Source: Callorhinchus milii
Lineage: Eukaryota
Assembly: GCF_018977255.1 (NCBI RefSeq)
Contig: NW_024704761.1
Location: forward strand, 6,946,001-7,010,000
Direction of reading: 5' to 3'
DNA length: 64,000 nucleotides
Made by a program: the position numbers and the translations under genes
Notes under the pieces: generated by a model
Told to the model about the DNA's origin: nothing
The model's database searches: none
The model's input: only the letters and a program-made list of their open reading frames with translations
Shown: positions 12,655 to 26,855 of the stretch, piece by piece
Numbering within the stretch: position 1 is the stretch's first letter
Layout of the letters: every line of letters begins with the position of its first letter

Positions 12655-12735
12655 TTGTTATAATATATAAGCCTTGCATTTGCTATAGCGCCTTATCACG
12701 TCCGTTGAGACGTCTCAAAGCACGTCACAGAATTT
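12655..12735 (-). mobile_element. SINE tail fragment followed by an AT-rich low-complexity tract (to ~12805)
   Basis: ccttgcatttgctatagcgccttatcacgtccgttgagacgtctcaaagc. Confidence 0.8.
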
Positions 12736-13307
12736 GATTTTATTATTATAAACTTTATTATTATAAATAATTTATAAATATTTATCATTATAAATAATAA
12801 TCAAATTGCATTTGATCAAAATGTGATCTAAAATTATAAATTCAGAGTTTTTAACATTGCAGTTTACTAAAGATCCCCCTTTTTAAGTAAGCTTTAAAAA
12901 AAATTCTTGTTTAACTTGAGGTCTTATGTCAGGAAAAATGTGCGTGCTGTTTGTGAAAACTGTGGGTATGAAGGTTAAAATAAAAGCTAAGGATGTGTTT
13001 TTACTATGCACGTTTAAGATCAACTTTGTAAATCAAGCCAAATAGCTTTTCTAGCCACAGCTCAAAATTCAGCAATGTTTTGTTTATTTTAACATTCAAA
13101 TTAAGTTTATTTTTTAAAAAGAAACACAGGCAAAGAGGAACGTTCAGTGCTGTAGCAAACTAGCAAACTGTTTGCTTAACTCTGGGTTTGAATCCAGTCA
13201 GAATGATGAGCTGAAAGGTCTTTCTCTGGAACCTTCAAGGATCATATGTGTTTTAGCTGGTCTTGTCCAATGATGATGACCATCCTTATAAAAGCCACAA
13301 TGGTTTA

Positions 13308-13425
13308 TAATAATAATATAATAATAATCTGTGCATTTGATATAGGGCCTTATCACGTCTTTGAGACGTCTCAAAGCGCTTCATGGAATATACTTTAAAG
13401 GGAATTGACTGTATATTTTGGGTTG
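13308..13425 (-). mobile_element. SINE 3' fragment
   Basis: gcatttgatatagggccttatcacgtctttgagacgtctcaaagcgcttca...gaattgactgtatattttg. Confidence 0.85.
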
Positions 13426-13629
13426 GAAAACTGGACGAACCAAATGGTTGCAAAAGGGGTCCTCCTCTGAGATTGAGGCCAAGGCATATGGAGACTAATT
13501 GATGGTATTTCTTAACAGATTTCATAAGCAAATGTGTTGACAAAAGCAACTATACAGTGCCTATATCTTATCATTTGCTGGTATCACTCAGGGTGCTATT
13601 ATGTGCGGCTTTGACTCAGCAGTCAACTG

Positions 13630-13830
13630 TAATGCATTGCTCGAAAGGGTGGTGGAAGCCGATTCGATAACAAATTTTAAGAGAGAAGTAGATCATTATT
13701 TGGGGAGGACAAGTTTGCAGGGCTATGGGGAGAGCACGGGGGAGTGGGATTGATTTGAGTAGCTATTTTCAAAGAGCTGGCATAGTCACGATGGGCCGAA
13801 TGGCCTCCTTCTGTGCTGTATGATTCTTTG
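13630..13830 (+). mobile_element. CR1 LINE 3' fragment
   Basis: gtggtggaagccgattcgataacaaattttaagagagaagtagat and tail gatgggccgaatggcctccttctgtgctgtatgattct. Confidence 0.85.
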
Positions 13831-14066
13831 AACAGTGAAGTATCAACCCAACTGTATCCTGTTTAAAGGCAATCCCACAGTGCCTTAGATATCACTGTGG
13901 TCATTTGGAATTGCTATTGAATGGTGTCTCTTGTATTAATAATGGGATCTAATGAAATACTGCATTAACAGTTTGAAGTTAATACATAACACTGTGCAAA
14001 GAAACTTTAAAAGTTGCCAATTACCAACATGTAAGACCAGCAACACCAACAAAACCTCTATTCTAA

Positions 14067-14300
<234 letters not shown>

Positions 14301-17300
14301 AAAAAAAGAAACACTTAAATGTATAAATTAATATAAAGCCTGGATTTGCACCACACTAACAGGGACTGAGTAACTACTCTGTTTAGAAACAAAAATAACT
14401 AACCTAATGAACTTTTCTGATGATGCAAGATGGACTGGATCTGGAATTATGCTCTCTAGTAACTCGAAGCTCAAGTACGCAATCCTGGAATCACGGCAGC
14501 GAGGCCTCCAGGGGTCGAGCAGAAAGATTTTTTGGAAACACAATGAGGACTAAGCCTTCAAGGATCAGTAATACTGGATTTACCAAAGTGGAATCCTTGG
14601 GGCATCAACAGGCTGGAACTTCTAAGCATCAATGGGTCGACCAGGCTGAATTTGCACATGAGACAAGTAGGCCTCAAAGAATAAAGAGGAGTTAGGATTT
14701 TGTGAGATGTGAGAGCTGGGCCTCAAAAAAAAAATCAAGAAAGCTGGAATGGACACATGGGAACTAGACCTTGATCAGATTGGGTTTCGACCATGGGTCA
14801 TACAGCATGGAATTTATTTCAGTGTGTGTGTGTACGTATGTGTGGGTGTGTGCGTGTCGACTGGAGAAAGGAAAAGCAAGCATCATACAAGCCATACACT
14901 CCCAGTACCTCTGTCTGCTTTCAGCTTTGCAAAGCAGAATCAGGTCTAATGTGTTTTTCTTTTGTTGTTGTTGTTACTTTGTTTCCTGGAGAGTTTTGTA
15001 AAAACCCAGGANTTTTTTATAATGCACTGCATTACTCAGCTCAGCTGAGACCGTGTTTGTTAGCTGGAACTTCTGAAGAAGAAAGTAAAAAAAAAAGAGA
15101 TTTGTCTTTTAAGAAGACTGTTTTCTGAAAGAAGCCACAAAGCAGTTTGTTGCGTCATTCAGTCCTATTAATACTAACCTCTTAAGTGAACAGTTATTGA
15201 GAGTGAGTTTCATTCGCTCTTTCTGTTGGATAAAACAGTTCATTATTTTTTAGTCGTGGGCAAAGAAAGTTACGATCCCTATCACTGAAAATTGGATTCA
15301 ATTCCATATACATGTAGGGAACAGTTCCCTCCATGTTGCACAAATGTTAAAGAGGCAGTCTCCCTTTTATTGATCAATGTCGACAATCCACTGAAACTTT
15401 CAATGCTCAGTACAACTGCAAGTCTCACAGAAATTAACGGGGTTGGAAATTTAGAGCAAATCCGCTCGTAACACATACATTAAGTTCTCGGTCCTGAAAA
15501 CAATGGGGATGATACTTACCGGAAGAAATGGAGGATGAATAATAGTGTGTTTTGGTTTGTCATTTAAAAAAAACGCAGTGACTTTACACAGCACATGTAA
15601 CCCATGAGACTTTGTGTTAAGTGGGTTGTAATGATCTCCCGAGGCATTGAATTTTTCTGTAAACAACCATCCAGCAAGTGATTTATCAATTATATCATAT
15701 AGTTTGTAGCTGGAAGTGATGGCAGCTCATAATGTCTGATTGTGTGGGTAAACTGGAAAATAACGCAGGATTAATTTGAACACCAGTCTGTTTGATCCTT
15801 GCAGCCGTACGTTTTAATTCATCAACTTCAGAAGGCCAACAAAATCAAAGGATGCTGGCTCTTTAATAGACCAAGCTACTCTTCTCTGACGTAAGCTGTT
15901 CAGCTGTGACTGTGCTGATGGCATACACTGTAGGCAACAAAGCAAATGCTTACTGAAGGACAACCCAATAAAGATGGCAGAGAAGTATCTCCCTCGACTA
16001 CATTTTAAGGCAATAGAATAGGTATAGGTATATAGGTATATCAACATGCTTATTTTTCATAAACCTCTATGGAATACCTCACATGAGGACCAGAAGTATT
16101 GGGATGCAAGCCAGTGCGCTAGGCAGCCTTCGGTAAACATTGAAGGCAACTTATTTTCTAATGCAACACCCAAGGATTGTGGTTGATCCTGATAGGGCCA
16201 GGTTTCTGGAAGCGTCATATCTATTTAAAGTGATCGGCCTATTTCAGAATGGCTGCCTCCCAACATTTAAAAAAAAACAGCTACTTCTGACGAGCACCTT
16301 GCATTATGGACATAGAGCTACAGTTGGTCCTATTAGAGTGAGCAGGAAAAGTCAAAAGTGATTGGGCTTTTTGAAAACAAACCTAACGTAAAGCAGGATT
16401 CACCATTACTGGCTTAGCGAGAAAGAGATCGACCTACGTATAGGACAATCAGCATGAGGAAGTGAGTTTTTCTTGAAAGCCTTGTTGCCTCAATGTGATT
16501 TATTATTTGTAATTTTTTTTAAAAGGTTGTTTTTCGAGTTTGCCAAACTGAAAGAGCACGTTCCATCTGTGCGAGGGTCCTCTTTTGTTACGTTTCTTCT
16601 TCCGATTACATTCAGGAAAAGGGGGGAAAATGCTGGATTTTAGGGTGTTACAACCGTAGTTGATTGCAGGAAAGCTTCCGTTGGTGTGTCAGAGATTTGT
16701 GAGGGCATTACGATAGATCTTGTAAATGCACAGTGGAGTGCTCAGATCATTAATCCATCGTTAACTCCTAAGAAGGCAAAAAACATGCCATCATCACATG
16801 AGTTGGCAGTGATAAAGCTGGTCAATGGAATACCATTTGATATTCCATCACTAAATTGAACAGTGATAGAAAATGGAATAGGGATGTCCACAGAGGTCCT
16901 GCGGAACATAGAATTACACAAGACTGTCACTCCTGTATGCCTGTGGAGACTTAATCCTGGGACAAACAGTGTACTCCCTCTGTACTGGTGGAGTATTCAC
17001 ATCCTGCCTATCTCTAGGAAAGGCAAAATGCCCTTGTATGTTTTATGAGATGCCACAATGGTTTTCCAGGGAAGCAACACAATCACTTAGCAAGGCATTA
17101 GTAGTCCTGAACTCAGAAAGGTGCTACTTGTATCCTCTTCAGTGGCCTCCACTTAGTTTGTTACGCAGAGTGAACAAAACCCAGAGCATCTCAATGCAAG
17201 GCTGACATTCTGTTGGTGCAGGAGATGGAGCAGTGGTTGGAACAGCTTCATGTTCACGTTGCCACGCATTGTGATGGTGCTGGGTGATCAGGACGCATCT

Positions 17301-19385
17301 CAGTGTAGTAGAATGATTGAAAAGCGGTTTGACTCCCGCTACTTGTTGGTAAGCTTTTCAGCGAGTTTGTAAAGTACAACCTGCCTGGTTATCATAAAAG
17401 GGATTCTGTCTCCTTATATAAGAAAATCACAACCACAGTTTACAAAAGTTGTTTAAAACTTTGAGTTAATGTTTTGATACTGCCTGACAGGTTATCAATG
17501 TAATATTTTGTTGCCTTTCAAACACTAATATGTTGTAAAAGTTCTTTTTATATGTATATATATATATATAAAAATATATACACACACAGTATATAACTGT
17601 TGCATCTCAGTTCTTCGGGATTTTTTTTTCTAATGTTTTTAATGCTTTAGTCTGAGCACCAGCGTGGAGAGACAGACATGTAGGTACCGTGGATTTCAAG
17701 AATAAAACATTAGCTTAGTCGTGACACCTCATGTGGTTTTGCATAAATATAACTGCCCCTCCAGAAGGATTATTTCCATTTGCCTGTTTGCATGTCAAAA
17801 AAAAATGTGTTCACCGATCGATTGCAGTTTGCTTTTGTGTAGTCAGAAAAACTTTTCGACGTCCAAACCGTTTTCACACTGACGACTGTGTATTTTTAAC
17901 GTGTGGCCTGGTGCAGTGAGGTCTCACAATGTCACACCCTGTGTTTTCAGTGGGTCAAAGCAGACTGAGTGGTTCCATAGCAGGCGTCGGAAGGTTAAGA
18001 GAACCAAGTTTTATACAGTTTTTTGATGCTTTGGGGTCTTATGGAAAATACTGAATGGAGAGAGTTAACTTTTTTTATTTGAAGAACAAATGACCGATTG
18101 TTTAAATTTTAAGATGTATAATATCCTTAGGTGAAATTATTGTTGTCCCACAACCCCAGCTCAGTGGTTTTAAAGAAGCAGTGTTGTCTGGAATTTCTTG
18201 GCTTCCAAGCCAAACATTGATTGATTGATGATTGATTTTCTTTTTTTTTAAAAATCACACGATCAAAACGATGTCGTCACAGGTGAATGTAAAGTACTAA
18301 GATCGCCGCAAATTTTTCACAGCAAAGACGGTTGAGACCCTTCTGAATGTGCCTCATCATTGCATTAACTGGCTTTAAAAACAATTAACCGTACATATGG
18401 AGATGGGCTACATCATTGCTGGCTCTGGATTGACCACCAAGCTGTATGTAGACTCACATTGCTTGCTAAGGCATACTGCAATCTCAAACTTGTAAACCCA
18501 CTGAAATTCCTGATAGCGATGTCTTTTTTTGAGGTACAGAGTATAACAGGGACCCAGCTTAACCGAGAGGACCCAGCTCTTTATTGAAGGGTTTGATGAG
18601 TGTGGCCTTGTATCTAAATTAAAACAAAGACGGGGGTAGGAGGGAGAGGCGGAGGGGGATGAGGGGTTGATTAACGAAGAATAATGTGGATGCAACCCTC
18701 TCTCCTCCAATAGTAAGGTCCAGCTGTGCTCCAAAATGGTACTTGATGTGATGTCCTCATTGGATCAATCTGTTAGGACGTTTTGTTACTTACTTGTTCA
18801 GTCCAGTGACACGAGTGCAATACTTCCTCACTGTGGGCTGGGTTTTCGCATTGTTTTTCCTCCTTTTTTTGTTGTTGTTGTTCATGAATTGGCGGCTTCT
18901 GGAGACTGGAATTGTGATGCATCGTAAGAAATAATGGGCAAGTGAGACGCAGGACCGTCTGAGACTTTGCTCAATAGTGTTTTAATCCTACAAGTGGTTA
19001 GGAGAAGTTTAAGAAAAAAAAGTTATACATTAAAAACTACAATATTACAGAGTTATTTACTAGATATTAAAATATTTTGAACTGAAAGCCCAGGAGATGT
19101 TTTTTTATGCCTGTCGATTTTTTTTTTTTTTTAAATTTTTTTTGTTTCGTTTTGAGTTTTTTTTGTTGAAATGGAAGGAACTGTTATTCTAAAAAAAAGT
19201 GTTTAAATGTAGTAAAAAAAACTATTGTAAATGTGTAAAGTATGAACATGGTCTTGGTTTTTTTGTGTAAACACTAAAAAAAAATAAGTTTTATGGACAC
19301 GATCTCTATGTAAAAGCATTTTAGTATTAAGATTTTTATAGATAACTTTGCTTCTGAATAAATATTTTAAAAAATGTTTGGTAAG
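14301..19385 (+). other. Putative long 3' UTR
   Basis: Follows the stop codon. No recognisable SINE/LINE over ~5 kb. U/AU-rich distal end, AATAAA at 19357, GT-rich sequence downstream, and repeats resume at ~19445. Confidence 0.6.
19357..19362 (+). terminator. Candidate distal polyadenylation signal
   Basis: AATAAA preceded by U-rich tracts and TGTA motifs and followed by tgtttggtaagtgtgtcattgtttg. Alternative AATAAA hexamers at 14680 and 17701. Confidence 0.55.
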
Positions 19386-19444
19386 TGTGTCATTGTTTGG
19401 ATGCTGTGTGTGCTGAATATCCTCTGCAGTCATTTGGAGAGCAC

Positions 19445-19803
19445 TTAGTCCAGGGTGACCCTCCAGTGCAGTGTCGGGGGAAACCCTACATTGTTGGAGG
19501 TGTCGTCCTTCAGATGAGGCATGAAACCAAAGTCCTGTCTGCCTGTTCAGGTGGATGTGAAAGATCCCATGGCACAATTCTTTAAGAGAAGAGAGCTTCT
19601 CCCAGCGTCCCGGCCAACAATCCCCCAGATACAATCAGGCATTCACTTCACAGCTGTTTGTCGATCATTGCTGTGCACAATTTGGCTGCCGCATTCATTT
19701 ACAAAATCCACAAGTCACTGCACTTCACAGTGAATCCTGTGAAGCACTTTGAAATGGCCACCCAATGTAAAAGGCACTACATAAAATGCAGAGATTATTA
19801 TTT
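19445..19803 (+). mobile_element. Older Deu-domain SINE (SacSINE1/AmnSINE1-like)
   Basis: ctccagtgcagtg...ggaggtgtcgtccttcagatgag...ctgttcaggtggatgtgaaagatcccatggcac...gctgtgcacaatttggctgcc, then an L2-type tail. Confidence 0.85.
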
Positions 19804-19819
19804 ATTTGATTTGATTTAC

Positions 19820-20032
19820 TGCATTGTTTTACTAACCTCTGCAACTCTACCGCTGTCTTCCCCCATTCCTCTAACAGTCTTTAAATCCACCTAAACCTAT
19901 CTTTTTGACCATGTCTATGGTCACCTCCCTCATCTCGCTTCCCCTCTCCCTTGCTCAGTGTCAACCCTTTCTTTGTGAAGCTCTCCGAGATGTTATCCTT
20001 CATGACAGATGCTATATAAATGCAAGTTGTTG
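19820..20032 (+). mobile_element. L2 3' fragment
   Basis: tttaaatccacctaaacctatctttttgacc...gtgaagctctccgagatg...gctatataaatgcaagttgttg. Confidence 0.65.
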
Positions 20033-22889
20033 TCGCACTGTACTTCGCCTCTGCTTTGCCTTGATTGCACATTCAAAATGTACCTTGCGCGATAATAACC
20101 TTGCATTTCGTAGAACACCTCAACTCAAAGCTCTACACAGGAAACCAACCGCTGTGTATGGTAAATAAATGTATATTTGTGGAATATATATATGTGTGTA
20201 GCAGGCAATTTGCTGCGATGCCCTGCTAAGAAGTATTATTCCAATATAAATCTAGTGCTGACTGAAGACTGCCAACCAACTCTGTGACTATCTGCTCTGC
20301 ACAACTGTTGAGTCTAGTAGAGATTTGGCAAATTGGAAAGCATGAGACAGATTGGTGTGGGGGTAACGGGTTGGTCATAGTATTCTTGTCTAAACAATGA
20401 CTCATCAACAGTCCCGCAGACAGTTGTTTTTGATCTGACTCCTGCACTGCTGAATGGGATTTGAAAGCCAATTTTCAACTCCAGTAATTTGGTCTGGCGT
20501 TTCGAAACCTGCACCAGAGGAATCCCAGGAGATTGCAAATTCATGTCTCCTGCTAAACATGTAGTAGGTACCAAGAGGAATAAGAGTTGTGTAAGCAGTG
20601 ACTGAAGGTGACCACAGAATCCTCAACCTACCAGGTCTTGTGGTCGGTCTTCAAGTAACATGTCTCTTGATCATTATTAGTAAGCAGCATTGCCTCACTG
20701 CACAGAGAAGTGCAGCAAATAGAGTATATCCAGTAACTATGATCAAGCAGCATGCAGTCTAAGCTCAAGTCCAGGAACTCCTTGGGGTGTACATGATCTG
20801 TACACTCACTTTCCCAACTGGAGTGAGCTCTACCTGTAGAAGTCCTTTCGCAGATGAGATTTTCACTGAGTGCAACAGTAAAGCATTGCTGGTTCGGCTC
20901 CTTCAATTCAAACACATTCAAGACACAATTCCTGCAGCCGGGTACCCTGTCTATCCACAAGCAAAGGTGGTGTGTGCTGATCTCCCCTAATTTTCCTTAC
21001 AAGTCAATCGAGCAGCGAGGCAGAATGTTGTCTGCGTATCCCAGTCATGTGCACGAGAGCCTTCACATTTTCCAGTCGCTTCAGGAATTTAGGACAGGTT
21101 GGCTATTTTGCAATCAAATGTTACATATTATTGGGACCAAAGATGGTGTTTTGCAGCTAAGATCTTCATCTGTTTGGTTCCAGCCGTGCCCACTGCAGAG
21201 CTAGTTCAGCACCAAAAACAGATCACGAGATCTTTGATCATGAAAACAAAGGATTCTTCTGTCTCCCATTGCAGAACATGGTGAATATTGTACCAACCCT
21301 TATCCTTTGACCACAAAATGACCTTACAATTTGGGAGTTCACTGGGGGCATTACCATATGCCTTTATTTCCTAGCTCATTATGCGGAGATGTATTTGATT
21401 AAAATACTTTACGGTAAAATTGAACACGGATTTGATCTGTCATAAAGCATTTCTATTTGATTGCATTTTCTCTTGCTAGGGCCTGTGACAGTTTCAACCT
21501 CTAACTAATGGAGATGCTTCCTGGAGTTTTTGAAACGCTGAAAGTTGTCAGGAGAGAAATGGACAAATGCGTAGAGATCACTTCTTATATCAAAACATGC
21601 ATTTATATCTTTAGTTATTATAACACTGTCACTGGATCGCTCCAATAGAGACTGCATTGGTTGTGAATTTTTGCAGTTATTAGCATGGGTGGCTCAGGGA
21701 CCCAGTGGATGATATAAACTTGTACAGGTGCAACAACTTATGGTTGATTAAAGAGCTGAAACCACACTTGATTAAAATTTATCACTGTTGGTTAACCATT
21801 AAAATAACTGTTACTGCCTCTGACCTTTGCTGCAGTCACTCTGTATTGATCCCTTGCTTTAACTAAGAGAGAAGTGGTAAGTCTCGAACAGTATTTGTGT
21901 CCGTGAGAAATGTAGCTAACCTGACTTAAGCACAATGCTGATCTTAGGATATTGGGTTGCTGGAGGGAATTTAGTGGCAGGATAATAGGATTTATTCCCA
22001 AATTTAAGGGACAGAGCAAAGAGAAACGTTCGGCTTCCCTGGGATGTTCTCTCGATACAGAGAAGACCAAAGGAGACGATGATATGTTTAATGAAAGGTT
22101 TGCACAACTTAAATTCGGGTCTACTTTCTGCTTCTGCCAAAGTATAAGACCAAGGGCTTTATTTTGTCAAACAGAAGAGAATAGGAAAAGCAGAAGATTT
22201 TTTTCTTAGCAAAAGGGTAATAGACAAGTACCAACAGTATAAGGAACTACCAAAGGTATCAAAGAGGAAACAGACAAGTTCCTGTCAACCAAAAAGATTC
22301 AGTTATTAAGATTTAGAGATTAGGCACATTAAACAAATTTTGCAAGAAATAGGAGGCCCAAAACTTCACCTAGTCTTAGCCTCTAAGACTATTCTGTCTT
22401 AAAAGTTAAGATTGTGTGGGACTTATGAAAACCTCTTGAATTCAGCCTTGGTTTGTAAATCAGATTTCTGAAGTTGTGAAAAAGGCCTGGGCTGTGTTGT
22501 AATTGGGAGGTATTTTTTCTGTACGAGCGGGGTCTGAGTGCTTGACAAGACAAGTCGGTGTCTGTCTGCCAGTCAGTAAGATGAGCCAAGCAGTAATATT
22601 ATTCATATATTGCGGAATGAAGTTAGGTTAGTCTCCAGTGTCAGCAGCTAATACTCTAAGCTCAGCTGTAGCAGAAAGTAGATGCAAAGCTCATTCTTTT
22701 CTGCCTTGACAATATTCTTAACCCCATTTTCAGAAGGGCACCCCCTACTGAGCCAGTCAGAATATTTCCATTTTCTATAATACCATCATTATGGCTCCTA
22801 TGAGCTGGCAATTTAGTTCCAATTTGTGCTGATTTAGAGACAGTTGTGTGCTGTCGACTCATCCCAAACTCTTTTCACGTTTAAAAATC

Positions 22890-23250
22890 CTGATAATAAT
22901 CTTTGAATTTGATATAAATTCTTTGTATGTTAAAACGTCTCAAAGCACTTCACAAAATTAGTTAACTATTTTTCAGTAGACAAATGTGCCAGAGCTAATC
23001 TGTGCCAGTGGAGCGCCACAAACAAATTTGAGATCAATGACCACCTTTATTTCATTTGTATTTTTGATAAATTTGGACAAGGAGTATTGGCCAGTTCAGG
23101 AAAGGAACTCATAACCTCTCTTTTAAAATCGTGCTCTGGGACGTTTAACATCCAACTAAACCACCAGAATAGCAATTAGGTTTAAAGTCTCATCCAAAGG
23201 ATGGGTTATTCAGCAGTGCAATGCTCCCTCACTCCTGAACTGCCTATATT
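22890..23250 (-). mobile_element. Older Deu-domain SINE
   Basis: Reverse Deu motifs gggacgtttaacatcc and aaagtctcatccaaaggatgg, with the tail at ~22890-22955. Confidence 0.7.
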
Positions 23251-23374
23251 ATGAGATCAAACCCACAGGCCAAGGTGATTTCATCCCATCAGACTGGGCT
23301 GGATTCAAAACCAGGTTCCATGAAAGAATTATTACGAGCGGGTTCCTTAATTCTTTCAAAAGTATACACTATAT

Positions 23375-23476
23375 TGATAATCCTTGCATTTGATATAGCA
23401 CCTTATCACGTCTTCGATTTTCACAGCGTTTCACAGAATATATAGTAAGGTGAATTGACTGCATTTTGTGGGCAAA
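23375..23476 (-). mobile_element. SINE 3' fragment
   Basis: taatccttgcatttgatatagcaccttatcacgtcttcg...gtgaattgactgcattttgtgggc. Confidence 0.85.
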
Positions 23477-24159
23477 ATTAACAAGAAAAGTAAATTCCCA
23501 AAGTAATGGCAATAATAAACTTTTACATGATATATTAACTAGCAATGTATAAAAAACATAACTTGTAAAGGCAGGTTAGGTTGAACTTAAAACTTGCCAA
23601 AATCCAACCTCCCGCTGCACTGTAGATATAATAAATGTTACATTCCTAACCAGTTGCACATATCAGCCCTGGTGCCTCTGGGGTAGATGTCATTTTGGTG
23701 CCAATTTTGAGGTAGATGAGTTTAAATGTTCACAGCATCGCTTTGTGGGATTTGCAGCTATGTGAGCCCTGCGCTGGCCTGCCAAAAACAAAGAAAAAAG
23801 GAAAAGGTTGTTTGCACACAAGCAAGAGCACACAGAGCGGGCAGCACACCCGTGCGAACAGCATTTTTGTTTTTAGTATCAGAGTCACAGGCCCGTTCCA
23901 TTGAAATCTACAAGCGTAAATGGACCGTATCGACTCAGGCCGCCTGGATTGGTTCAAATACTGAGCTGGATTGTATTAAAATGACTGGCACCAGGGAGGC
24001 ACATCACATTACACTGCCTCTCCCGCCTCCGCCACCTACAATCACTGCTCCAGTTTGCTCCAAAACACGGAACGCCATTGTGTAAGTGCGAGCATGTTGC
24101 TCTGTGACGTGCTTTACGTGGGTTCCGCCTTGTACTCAGTGCTGCTGCCAGTTTATACC

Positions 24160-24495
24160 AATAATAATCCTTGCATTTGACGTTCCACTCTGTCATGCTG
24201 AAATTTCTCAAAGCGCTTCACAGAGTTTTACTGTAAAGTGTAGTGACTGTGTATTTCTATTTGTAGCCAATTGCACACAGCATCGTCCCAAAAGAAGCCA
24301 TGAAGTGAATGACTAATTTTTTTTTATCCGGAGGAATTGTTGGCCAGAATTGATACCAGGAGAAACTCCCTTCTCCTTTTTGAATAGTGCCATGGGATCT
24401 TTAAAATCCTCCTGAATAGATGGAGTTTAACATCTCATCCTTAGGACGGCACCTCTGACAGTGCAGTGTTCCCTCAGCTCAGTGTTGCACTGAAT
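24160..24495 (-). mobile_element. Older Deu-domain SINE
   Basis: gtgccatgggatctttaaaatcc...catctcatccttaggacggcacctctgacagtgcag, with the tail at ~24160. Confidence 0.8.
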
Positions 24496-25669
24496 CATAT
24501 TCCCAGTTTCAGAGTTAGTCAGAGCTGCCCAGTATATGCAGACAGTATGACCTAGAGGTATGTGATCTCATTGTGTTTTTCTTCACAGCCTGAAGGGAGA
24601 CCATTCACAGGAGATGGTATGATTGATGGAGATATGTATTGGCCTCGGTCAAATAAGTGAAGTTGGTTCAACACTCCAGCATCCATTACCCCTTGTGATA
24701 CCATGATTTTCCCTGTAGCCCCCTGTGCAAAGTTAAAAGAAGCGCCAAAGCAATCAGAAAAGCAGCGTAAATACAGTTAACTTGGTCTAGTCTCTTCAGC
24801 TGAGATTGGAGAATGGATAAAGAATCCTTCTGCTCAAACCAAGAAAATAATATCCTTGGAACAAGAGCTCTGCTTAGTTTAATAGAAGTGAGTGGGATGT
24901 GATTTGATAAATTGGGTATTTTGTGTTGAGATCAAACTGGTAAGTAAATCGAGAATGTGAGTCTGGTTTCAATTGTGTCTTATCAGGGAATGTTGTTTCT
25001 GCAAAGGAGAACTCAGGTGCTTAAAGTAAACTGAGAGCTTGGGCCTTGAGTACACATCAGCCTGTTCAAATCAGCTTGGCTATTTTTCCTGAGGTTCAGC
25101 ATAAGGATCGATTAGATGGATGTGTGGTCCGCGAGTTAAATCACTGTGAGCTACAGAAACTTTGGATAGAAGCTACATTTTTTGCCCTGAAATTCTTTCT
25201 GGCCATGTCTGATACAATGCAATACAAAATTACATTTGTATAGCGCCTTTCACGTCGGGAGGCCATGCATAGATCACAGCATGAGTCTCAGCGCTGATGC
25301 ATTGGTTTTGTACTTGCCTGTTTCCATTCATTGGATTCATTTGCCCTTTATGAGGAATCTTATTCCATCATTAATTCCTGAAGTGTAAAAACGATCAATT
25401 TTTCCAGGGATAATTTAACCAATCGCAAAAAGCTACTTAATCCAAGAGTGCACAAGGTCTACTGACTTAAAAATGCCAAACCAGGGTGTTCAGACTGGCG
25501 GGTTTTGACACTCACAGGACCTGTGGCCAGCCCTGGGAAAATGCTTCCTAAACCTACATTCGTTTAAAGAACAAATCCCACCCACCATTTTCTCTGCTTC
25601 TGTATTGAACAATCTATTAAGTGGGTTACAATAAGTTTTTTTAACGCAATGTCTGCCCACAATATTTCA

Positions 25670-25782
25670 GCCACAAAATACGGTCAATTCACTTTACTGT
25701 ATATTGTGTGAATCGCTTTAAGATATCTCAAAAAAGTGATAATGCGCTGAATCAAATGCAAGGATGATTATTGTTATTATTC
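25670..25782 (+). mobile_element. SINE 3' fragment (an opposite-strand tail fragment follows at ~25840-25900)
   Basis: cacaaaatacggtcaattcactttac...atcaaatgcaaggatgattattg. Confidence 0.8.
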
Positions 25783-26499
25783 TCATTTTCACCTTTGCCA
25801 ATGTTAATAGGTAAAGCAATGGGGGTGGGAGTATTAATAACAATAATAATAATAATCCTTGTATTTGATACAGGGCCTCATCAAGTTGTCGAGACGTCCA
25901 TTATTAAAAATTATTATCAAAGTTTTATTCTGTTCGTACCAAGACTATCCTCTTGTATGTAATCCAGTTCTAAACTCTTAAGTGCTTAAAACTCAGCAAT
26001 TTTTTTGTGTGTGTTTGATATTAAAAAAATTGTGATTTTGCACTGCTGCATATCTTATTTCAGCTCCCTTGGTAAACATGCAAAAGTGTTGTGGAAAATG
26101 ATTTCCACACTTAAGTGGAGTGCTCTGTAATAGCAGTAACATTTTAAATAGTTATTTTGTTCAGTCATTACAGTCACTACCGAGTCTCAGACTCTTATTA
26201 TCATCTTTCACTTTGCTCGAATGTGTAATGAGCTTCAGGGCCTGTGATCATCACAATTCTCTTCAAAATAATGTTACTGCCACATTATACTTTAAGTAGC
26301 ATGTTATCTTCTCTACAAATCTCTATTTATGTTTACTTACACAAGATAANTTTTTTTAACTAACTCTGACTTAAAAATTGCAGGAATTATTGATTTTCTT
26401 AATCTGCAGAAACTGGAACCATCCACCGTTTGCTTTGACTGCTCCAGGGGACTATATCATGGCTGGAGAAAAGTTTTACATGCTGTATTATATTATATA

Positions 26500-26855
26500 T
26501 TATAATAATCCTTGCATTTGATAGAGAGCCTTTCACGTCAGGAGAACATCTCACAGTGCTTCACAGGATTTCACTGTGAAATGTAGTGATTATATTTTCT
26601 AGGCGAATGCAGCAGCCAATTTGCACACAGCAATGTCCCACAATCTGCCATGAGGTAAGTAACCAATTTTATTTGGGGGATTGTTGGGGCAGCACCCAGT
26701 CTCTTTTCAAACCACGTCATCGGATCTTTAACTTCCACCTCAATAGGTAGACAGCACTTCAGTTTAAAGTCTCATCCATAGGACAGCACCCATGCAGTGC
26801 AGTTTACACAAGATAATTTTTTGAGTTCACCCCCCAGTACTGCATTGGAGCATCT
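26500..26855 (-). mobile_element. Older Deu-domain SINE
   Basis: Tail, gcagccaatttgcacacagcaatgtccca, ggatctttaacttccacc and gtctcatccataggacagcacc. Confidence 0.8.

Noticed and set aside
12738..12805. AT-rich quasi-palindrome
   Set aside because: Low-complexity sequence beside a SINE; self-complementarity is expected from composition alone.
20628..21284. Overlapping 60-116 aa ORFs
   Set aside because: No recognisable domain or consistent exon chain.
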